Positions 52,205 through 61,167 of a stretch of DNA of 61,167 nucleotides are shown here, one piece after another (positions within the stretch are counted from its first letter, which is position 1; each line of letters begins with the position of its first letter). The stretch covers positions 42,968,074 to 43,029,240 of the forward strand of contig NC_068990.1 of the NCBI RefSeq assembly GCF_001194135.2. Direction: 5' to 3'. Source of the DNA: Octopus bimaculoides. Its lineage: Eukaryota. A program made the position numbers and the translations under genes. Under the pieces are notes generated by a model, which worked only from the letters and a program-made list of their open reading frames with translations, ran no database searches and had not been told where the DNA came from.

Positions 52205-52629
52205 NNNNNNNNNNNNNNNNNNNNNNNNNNNNNNNNNNNNNNNNNNNNNNNNNNNNNNNNNNNNNNNNNNNNNNNNNNNNNNNNNNNNNNNNNNNNNNNN
52301 NNNNNNNNNNNNNNNNNNNNNNNNNNNNNNNNNNNNNNNNNNNNNNNNNNNNNNNNNNNNNNNNNNNNNNNNNNNNNNNNNNNNNNNNNNNNNNNNNNNN
52401 NNNNNNNNNNNNNNNNNNNNNNNNNNNNNNNNNNNNNNNNNNNNNNNNNNNNNNNNNNNNNNNNNNNNNNNNNNNNNNNNNNNNNNNNNNNNNNNNNNNN
52501 NNNNNNNNNNNNNNNNNNNNNNNNNNNNNNNNNNNNNNNNNNNNNNNNNNNNNNNNNNNNNNNNNNNNNNNNNNNNNNNNNNNNNNNNNNNNNNNNNNNN
52601 NNNNNNNNNNNNNNNNNNNNNNNNNNNNN

Positions 52630-52672
<43 letters not shown>

Positions 52673-53297
52673 CCCCGTCCACACACACACACTCATATAT
52701 TTAGTTCTTCACATTTAATCATTCCATCTTTGAACTTCTCTGCATTAAGAGCTGAAATGTAAGATCTTCTCTACCCTGATGATGGATGCTCACCTCATCC
52801 TATGTTAAATGCATTCATACAGCCATGTTTTTTGATGGACTAAATCTACCAACATTATTATGGATTGCCGAGCCTACAGAAGCAGCAGTTGGATTTGTAA
52901 TACCTTTCTCCTACCCCTTTAATTTTCTCTGTCATTTTTACCCTTTGTAAGTTGGAAAGTTTCCACCTTTTGCTTTCTCTCGTTTTGCATGTATACATAT
53001 ATACATATTTTATATTTGATGCATTTAATATATTTAATATATTTCATGTGTCTAATTTGCTTATCCCCATATTTACGCATACATATTTATATATAACTGT
53101 CTTTATCTAATTAAATGTGTGTGTTCTTTTATTCTTTTATTTGTTTAAGTCATTTGACTGCGGCCATGCTGGAGCATCACCTTGAAGAGTTTTAGTTGAA
53201 CAAATTGATCCCAAGACTTATTTTTTAAACCTAGTACTTATTCTATCAGTCTGTAAACACAGACACAAAGGCACACACACATAGATATCATCATCAC

Positions 53298-53330
<33 letters not shown>

Positions 53331-54307
53331 TATCATCATAATCATCATCGTTTAACGTCGGTTTTTCATGCTGGCATGGGTTAGACAGTTCGACTGGGGT
53401 CTGGGAAGCCAGGGAGCTGCACCAGGCCCCAATATACGATAGGCTTCTTTCAGTTTCTGTCTACCAAATCCACTCACAAGGCTTTTGTCAGCCCAAGGCT
53501 ATAGTAAAAGACACTGGCCCAAGGTGCTACATGGTGGGACAGTACCCAGAACCTTGTGGTTGGGAAGTATATATATAATTTCATATACATACATACATGT
53601 ATGTATGTATGTATGTATGTATGATGGTCTTCTTTCAGTTTCTGTCTATCAAATCCATTTACAAGGCTTTCTTCAGCCCAAGGTATCATGCACATGTGTG
53701 TATGTGTGAGAGAATGAGTGTATATCTTTGTGAGTGCTGTATGAACATGAGCATTGGCATTCAACAGCATTGTCACTGTCTGAGAGAAGCAATATGACAT
53801 TTCCATTCCTTGTTGACTTTAAAATGAGTCTCTCTGAATAATGGAATACAAAAGTCATTTGCCTGAAAAACAGGTAATGGTTGGCAACAGAACAGGTGTC
53901 CAGTCATATCAAGCTGTCTCAAAATTATTCCCATCAAAACCCCAATAGATGGAAAACGAATGTTAAACAAATGTTAAATGCTGCAATTAAATACTACAGA
54001 CCTGACATTCTTTTTAATGATTCTGCCATTCCACGTCTCTTAATTCTAAGTAGTAACTTACCCACCCGCCTTTGATTTTTTTCTTATTTCAATCAAACCA
54101 CTAAATTATGGGGGCATAAATGAACCACCACCAGTTCTTCAGTGGTGTGCGACAGAAATTACCATAGACAGACACAGACATACACACACATACACACACA
54201 TGCGCACACACACATATACAACTGAGTGGACAAATGAAAGAAGGGCATTCAACATATTTATTGGAAGTTACATGCTTGGATCAGAACATTGATTTAAATT
54301 CTATGCT

Positions 54308-54484
54308 ACTTAGAGTTTCAAAGCCCTTAACAAGGTTTATCATCAGACCAGTGAAATTTGTGTGACAGCAGACATGCAGGAAGACCATCCACCGGCAGCC
54401 ATCTTGGGCTTCCTGCACCTCTGTTGTCATTTGAATTTCACTGGACTGATGATAAGCCTCAATAGGGGCTTTGAAACCTTAAGT
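54308..54484. mobile_element. Short fold-back element, ~76-bp arms, hammerhead-like core in each arm
   Basis: 54308-54383 is the reverse complement of 54409-54484 (about 78% by eye). CTGATGA...GAAAC on + (54446-54477) and on - (54315-54346). Confidence 0.8.
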
Positions 54485-55589
54485 GGNNNNNNNNNNNNNN
54501 NNNNNNNNNNNNNNNNNNNNNNNNNNNNNNNNNNNNNNNNNNNNNNNNNNNNNNNNNNNNNNNNNNNNNNNNNNNNNNNNNNNGCGTGTGTGTGTGCGTG
54601 TGTGTGTGCGTGCGTGCGTGCGTGCGTGTGTGTGTGTGTGTAAGCCATATTTTCATACTGTTATATCTCTTTATATCATTATATCCTTTAAAACTTTTCA
54701 TTATTGTTATAATTTTTTATATACTTATATTCTTAAATAAGCTTACCTGTTATAGAACCATTTATCTTATTTTCTTTGCTTCTGATCCCTTATTTTCAAT
54801 CACTAAATAATGTGTACCACCTTCCCTGATATATTCTGAATGTAAGTTAGGCTCATTGTTTGAATGGTTTCATCATGACCACCTGTAGGTTCTGCTAGGA
54901 TGAATTATTATGAAGTTTTTTTTTATATATAAGTAATCTTCTTTAGTGCTTAAATTAGTCTATTTATCCTAATTATCTTACCTGGGCCTTATATCCCTTC
55001 CTAAATTTTATAAACTAAAAAATTCTTACTTTTATTATACTAAATATAATAAAGTATAGATTTTGCTATACTTTGATTATAAATATTTGTTCCCTCTGCA
55101 CTCCTAATGCCCATCTAGATCTCATTGTAGCATCCAATATTTTCTATTTTAACTGATAATAATAAAAGAGTTTATGTCACCCACCCCCATCCTGCCTGTT
55201 TTTCTGGACATTTACTACTATCTACATGACTTCCTCTGAGGTTTGTTTATTTTGTGTGTGTGTGTGTGTGTGTGTGTGGTCAAGGGAATCTATAGCCATA
55301 GAGAATAAAGGTTTGGGAGAATATCTAACAATATCAATTTATCACCAGCAACTAGTGTCTTAATACTAGCTGCATTAGATTTTTTGATGATGATAAGAGG
55401 ATAGATAAAAATTGTACCTAAATTACCAATCTCATGGCCCCCACTGTGCCATTTCAAAATTGTAGTTGTTTCTCTTTAAGCTTATTCTATCACATTAGTA
55501 GTAGCATGGAATTCTTTCCTTCTCTAGCTCTGATAAAATATTTGCTGAAAATTATAATAGAATATCCAGACTGTTGAACCTTTGTATTT

Positions 55590-55715
55590 TGCAACTGAAG
55601 ATGGCTCTATATTTCAAATTGATGAAATGCTTATATTGATCGATTAAATGGAGCTGCCTAAAACGGTTGTATTGCATTAATACCTTGACATCCTTGTTAC
55701 TTATTTGCTTTATAT
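55590..55715 (+). repeat. Hammerhead-bearing (TA)n-adjacent repeat, copy 2
   Basis: TGCAA-CTGAAGA-TGGCTC...GAGCTGCCT-AAAACGGTTGTA-TTGCA. Confidence 0.6.
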
Positions 55716-56062
55716 ATATATATATATATATATNNNNNNNNNNNNNNNNNNNNNNNNNNNNNNNNNNNNNNNNNNNNNNNNNNNNNNNNNNNNNNNNNNN
55801 NNNNNNNNNNNNNNNNNNNNNNNNNNNNNNNNNNNNNNNNNNNNNNNNNNNNNNNNNNNNNNNNNNNNNNNNNNNNNNNNNNNNNNNNNNNNNNNNNNNN
55901 NNNNNNNNNNNNNNNNNNNNNNNNNNNNNNNNNNNNNNNNNNNNNNNNNNNNNNNNNNNNNNNNNNNNNNNNNNNNNNNNNNNNNNNNNNNNNNNNNNNN
56001 NNNNNNNNNNNNNNNNNNNNNNNNNNNNNNNNNNNNNNNNNNTATACATATATATATATATA

Positions 56063-56397
56063 TTGGGTTGTCCCATAAATAATGTGGTATTTTTAGACTT
56101 CTTTTATTTTTCAAAATTAAGATAAACAAAATTCTTTTTTAAACCCTCATTTTCTACAATACTTTTCCATCTATCTGGTAGACTTGCAAGGCCCCTCTTC
56201 CAAAATTCTTTTGAAAAATAATCATCCAGTACTGTTATCTACAGAATTCATATATTTTCTGTCCAGATGATTTTGAAGACTGTGGAATAAATGATAACCA
56301 GATGGGCCAATGTCCAGAGAATATGGTGAGTGGGGCATCGTCTTTCACTCAAACTGCTCCCGCCTGTGGAATGTCTTCCTCACTATATGTGGCCAAT
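56063..56397 (-). mobile_element. Internally deleted mariner element (DD34D-type C-terminus)
   Basis: TA|TTGGGTTGTCCCATAAATAA terminus; minus-strand MPHSPYSLDIGPSGYHLFHSLQNHLD...KRGLASLPDRWKSIVENEG. Confidence 0.8.
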
Positions 56398-56944
56398 ATA
56401 CATATATACATAGGACAGGTTTTTTTCAGTTTCTACCTACCAAATTCAATCACAAAGCTTTGGTCAGCTGAGCACTAGAGTAGAAGACATTTGTCCAAGA
56501 TGCCACACAGTGAGACTGAACCCAGAACCAAGCAAAATTTTTACTACACAGCCATGCCTGCACCTATGTCTGCACTTATGTATGCTGCTTTCTTGTGAGA
56601 ATTGATTTGATTTTGAAATTCAAGTTAATAAGAACACATAATCTGACGTCAAAGTGTCATATTTATACTTAATTATGCTATTTATGGCAAAAATAAAACA
56701 ACTGAAAATTGAGGAAACCCGTGATATGTTGTCTTTGATAAATAAACGGTTAATAAAATTTGTGAAATAAGTTTAGTGAGGAAATCAATATTAATATTTT
56801 ATGAAGAGTTCTTCAAAGAAATAGAAATTTACAAGAAAATTTTCAATTGAGTTGACAATATAAATAATGTGAGTTACAATTTCTCAGAAGAACAAATATT
56901 TGGTATATTTGGCATATACTAGTTCCAAGTTTTGGCACAAAGCC

Positions 56945-57065
56945 AGCAGTTTTAGGGAAGGGGAATAGTCAATTACATCAACCCTAATACCCAACTGGTA
57001 CTCATTTTACCAAAACTAAAAGGATGAAAGGCAAGGCCAACCTCAGTGGAATTTGAACTCTGAAC
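56945..57065 (-). mobile_element. SINE fragment with a Deu/Nin-like core
   Basis: GAGTTCAAATTCCACTGAGGTTGGCCTTGCCTTTCATCCTTTTAGTTTTGGTAAAATGAGTACCAG; related fragments near 1095-1170 and 22370-22430. The domain name is tentative. Confidence 0.6.
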
Positions 57066-57360
57066 ATAGAAATCTGGAAATGTTTGTATATATTAAAAGA
57101 TTTAAAAGGCTATACAATTTAGTCAGAAAGGAAACGTACAAGTATAGGAAGCTTGAAAAGAGCCTAAAGTTTACTTCAAGCATACAGACTCATAAGGCTG
57201 GATTTTCAGAACATTTTGTCTGGAAGTACAAAATCCCCACTTCACCTAAACAGGAGGCCAGTTTGTTACAGTGTTAACTTCCATGTACTGCTGGTAGTCA
57301 TTTTCAGCTCGATACACTGGAGCAACATGAATGTTTGTATATGTATATATAATATATATA

Positions 57361-57670
57361 TATCGAGCGAGATCGTTGCCAGTGCCCCTGGACTGGTTCT
57401 TGTGTGGGTGGCACATAAAATACACCATTTGAGCGTGGCCGTTGCCAGTACCGCCTGACTGGCCTTCGTGCGGGTGGCACGTAAAAGCACCCACTACACT
57501 CTCAGAGTGGTTGGTGTTAGGAAGGGCATCCAGCAGTAGAAACTCTGCCAAATCAGATTGGAGCCTGGTGTAGCCATCTGGTTTCACCAGTCCTCAGTCA
57601 AATCGTCCAACCCATGCTAGCATGGAAAGCAGACGTTAAACTATGATGATTATGATGATGATGATGATGA
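57361..57670 (+). mobile_element. RTE-type 3' tail repeat ending in (GAT)n
   Basis: GGTGGCACGTAAAAGCACC...GTTAGGAAGGGCATCCAG...AACCCATGCTAGCATGGAAAGCAGACGTTAAA(ATG)n. Similar copies near 10400-10690, 11940-12215, 20310-20480, 26390-26580 and 58575-58700. Confidence 0.75.
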
Positions 57671-57671
57671 T

Positions 57672-57707
<36 letters not shown>

Positions 57708-57736
57708 GAGTATATTCTTTTACTCTTTCACTCTTT

Positions 57737-57996
57737 CAAGGCCAAGCTGGTGGGGAAGATCAAGGAGGTGTTTGGAGATTTTCCAGGAATACAGTGAGGA
57801 ACTCATGTGCTAGGTTCTGGAACCATCTTGAGGCCATTGTGGAAGCTGAGGGCAGCTACTTTGAGTAAACTATTATCTATCTCCTGGCCGTAATCTAGCA
57901 GATATTTTTTAATTTTCAAAATTCCTTTATTTTTGGATAGGATATTTTGTTCCCTTTTTCTTTTTATGCAAACTGCCAAATTTAGCCTAAACACCT
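57737..57996 (+). mobile_element. 3' end fragment of a second maT/mariner-like family
   Basis: KAKLVGKIKEVFG...CARFWNHLEAIVEAEGSYFE*, followed by ...GCCAAATTTAGCCTAAACACC, a TIR-like end. Confidence 0.6.
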
Positions 57997-58163
57997 TAAG
58001 ATGAAGATCCTGAAGAAACTACACCCGTATCATAGTAAGGTTGCAATTGCAACAGTTACTAATCGATGCAGTAGAAACATGTGTTGGTCTATTTGAAGCT
58101 GTATATATATAAAAAGGAATTAAAAGTAATACTTATGCTACTTCGTAATAATCCTTATTATCC

Positions 58164-58194
<31 letters not shown>

Positions 58195-58310
58195 CATTGA
58201 TACAGACATGCACTCATGCACTCACGCACATGAACACACACAGACACACAGACTTGTGGTGAGTTAACATGTACATGCATACATACATACATACATACAT
58301 ACATACATGT

Positions 58311-58496
58311 AATGAACAACATGACTTGTGTGACAGTGATGTTTACTTGTGACCATCACATGATGTCAAGACATGGATATATACGCCTACACCCCCCCAC
58401 ACACACACACATGTATGTATCTGTATATATCCATGTCTTGACATCATGTGATGGTCACAAGTAAGTGTTACTGCCACACAAGTCATGTTGTTCATT
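58311..58496. repeat. 74-bp inverted repeat with a 38-nt spacer
   Basis: 58311-58384 versus the reverse complement of 58423-58496: 69 of 74 identical. Confidence 0.9.
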
Positions 58497-59828
58497 TTCC
58501 AATTCCACTGAGAAACATGCCTGACTTTTGGAATTATTACCTTTTTGGGTCACAGTTTAGGTTTGGTGAAATGAAGAGAATCCGGATGTAGAAAACCCTG
58601 CCTCTACCAATTCCATCTGGTTTATGCAAGCATAAAAAAAAGTGGATGCTAAAATGACAGCAATGACAAAGATGGTGGTGGTGATGATGATGATGACGAC
58701 AATGACGATGACGACAACTATGACGATGTTGAAGAGGAGAATGAAGAAACAGATTGTTCAAAATGTACTGTGTTACTAACCAACACTAATTAGCATAATG
58801 AAACAAAGTAGAGTCTAAAACTTAAAGATATGTGAAGTGACTTGATACAACGATATGACATGAGTACCTCCAAGAGAAAAGTCAATATCCTCTACAAATC
58901 TATTGCTACAAATATGCTAAAAATATAAAGCAACAAGCTATGTATACATTCTACAAATTTTGTCCATTTCAATTCAAAACAAAAAACACTGCATATTTCT
59001 AATTCTCTATGGCTTTAAGAAATTATTATTCCTCTTATTGATTTTATTTGGAAATGCATAGAATTGATTAATTTGATTTTTAAAATCAATTTTTCAATTC
59101 TAAAGCAACCATAAAAACCAAAAGTTGGCAATCCATTTCATTCAGCACTTTAAAATGAATTGACTGGAAAGAAAATAAACAACCATTAATTGGTTTTGAT
59201 TCACAAGAAAATTTAATATAATTGAACTGTGCAGGTAATATCACCATTACATCGTGAGAGTGACTTATAATAGAATCACATGAATGTACGTTGATATATA
59301 AAGAGTTGTTAGTTGAGACTGTTATATTTCCTGGTGCTCAGCTGGTTACATTATTTTCTCTTTGTATGTTGTTTTGAGGTGAAAATATATAGTACAGTAT
59401 AAGCTAGCCATTCACTCAGGAGTGAATATGATTTGGTAGTATCTACTACGTTTATTCTCATTGTTTTAAGAGCTATGCAGCAGGAAGCAGCCATAGACAC
59501 TTTCTCAACCCCCATCACCCTTGATACAACAAAATATGCAAGATTAAATGGCTGGAGAGAAAGAGGACTATACACCAGCAATCTGGCTGGTGCTCAGTAC
59601 AGCTGGTAGACATGAGCAATGGAGTGAAATGAAGTGCCTTACTCAAGGACACAATATGCCACCTGGTCCAGGAATTGAAACTCATTACATTACAATCAAT
59701 GAGTGGGTAACCCTAATTGCTAGGGCACATAATTACTTACATGTCAAAATATATACTCCATAGTTAACAGGAAAGCAGGAGTTACAAGATGTGATTTATT
59801 TTGCATTAACATTTAAGAGTAACAGCTA

Positions 59829-59991
59829 CAGGTGTGGCTGTGTGATAAGAAGCTTGCTTCTCAACCATATGGTTCCTGGTTCAGTCCCACTGCATGGCAT
59901 CTTGGGTAAATATCTTCTACTATAGCCTCAGGCTGACCAAAGCCTTGTGAATAGATTTAGTGGAAGAAAATTGAAAGAAGCCCATTGTATA
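59829..59991 (+). mobile_element. SINE family A, 5' half, interrupted by a maT insertion
   Basis: Head and core end at GAAGCCCATTGTATA, where the maT TIR begins. Confidence 0.85.
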
Positions 59992-59993
59992 TA

Positions 59994-61167
59994 CAGGGTG
60001 CGATGGGTAAATTGTCGTCATTTTATATTTCTAATTTTGTGTGTGTGCATTGTCCATCTTTGATATTTGTTGACTACACAGTATAGTGGGGTCAGTTGGG
60101 CACCATCTGTGAAAAAAACAGCACCATGACACAATTCACTCTGCCAGAAATTTGGAAAAGACATGCTGTACTGCTTGGCATTCACACCGGAAGCTCCAAT
60201 ACAAACACTTCAGTGTGTTTCAATTTGAGGACTGCAGAGGATTCAAAAAGAGTTGGATGAGCCTTATGGTGATTACGGAGATACGATAGCTCGGAAAACC
60301 CACTCTGATCGTTCTGATAAGAAAAGAACTCCTGAATTTATTAGTAAGATCCAGGCCATGATTGACAACAATCCCTCCAAGTCAATTAGGTTCTTCGCCA
60401 GGGACATGGGAGTGCCTGAGTTTCTTATCATGCAGGTAGTGCATGAAGACATTTGGTATTCCTCATACAAGATGAGAAAGGGTCAATTTTTATCCCTAGC
60501 CATCGAGGACAATAGGAAACACCATGTTACAAAGCTCTTGAACTCAAGCATTGCTTCTAACTGAACGTGCTTTGGTTTTTCTCAAGCGAGAAAAATTTCT
60601 GCCAGGATCACATCAATGACTTGCTATGTCCCCAAAACATGTACTGAGAGTAATAAAAATCAAACATTCAGTCAACATCATGGGGTTTGAAGTGATCACT
60701 AGTGATGATGTTATGCCTCCCTTCCTCTTCCCGCACACAGCCTCAGACACAGGCCTGCATCAAGTGCATGGAGTAGGTAATGCTACCCTGGGTCAAGAGG
60801 GTGGCTGCTAGAACAACCTACATCTGCCAACAGGATTCTGCACCATGCCACACAATCAGGAAAACCCAATTATGGCTGTCAGACAATTTCTGTAATCACA
60901 TCACCCCTTACGTCTGGCCACCAAACTCCCCAGATTGCGACTCCTTTGATTATTATGTGTTGGGCACAGTTGAACGAGAGACCAACAAAATTCCTTGTAA
61001 CACCAAAGATGAATTGAAGGCAAGGATTATGGCAGCATTCACCAACTTAAACAAGGAGACCGTCCAGAGGAGTTGAAAGAGATTCCAAAGTCGTCTGGAG
61101 GCCGTAGTTGAAGCCAATGGTGATTTTATGGAATATATTCACTCTTTAGTATTTCAAGATATTTTTA
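59994..61167 (+). mobile_element. DD37D (maT) transposon, near full length, degenerate; runs off the window
   Basis: TA|CAGGGTGCGATGGGTAAATTG; start MTQFTLPEIWKRH at 60126; CQQDSAPCH...WPPNSPDCDSFDYY with 37 residues between the catalytic Ds; several stops and frameshifts. Confidence 0.93.

Noticed and set aside
52775-52810. CTGATGA-T-GGATG...CATCC
   Set aside because: The stem is followed by TATG rather than GAAA; no stem III or stem I.
1-61167. CRISPR array, Fanzor/TnpB or other prokaryote-type system
   Set aside because: No repeat-spacer array and no RuvC-like motifs seen; the short tandems (27355-27390, 42885-42940) lack unique spacers.

Overview
AT-rich, microsatellite-dense eukaryotic draft-assembly DNA with many N gaps. 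The repeat content (two tRNA-headed SINE families, an RTE LINE with a (GAT)n tail, maT/Tc1/mariner transposons, TA-targeting repeats) looks like an octopus genome; this is an inference from remembered repeat sequences, not a database result. I find no intact host protein-coding gene, and nearly all ORFs in the track are microsatellite or N-gap artefacts. Supportable content is decayed mobile DNA: RTE LINE fragments (RT with YADD, APE), a Penelope-like element (GIY-YIG plus ORF N-terminus), two Tc1 DD34E copies, DD37D (maT) copies, a mariner fragment, an internally deleted Helitron, a solo LTR, hAT and piggyBac-type MITEs, and many SINEs, often nested. The most interesting unannotated signal is RNA-level: nine type I hammerhead-ribozyme-like motifs in about six unrelated repeat families. 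They include an apparently intact core variant with a G3-C8 swap (25763-25813, minus) and two fold-back elements (29072-29627 and 54308-54484) with a hammerhead in each arm, one per strand. All coordinates and folds were read by eye; none of the ribozyme calls has been tested computationally or experimentally.
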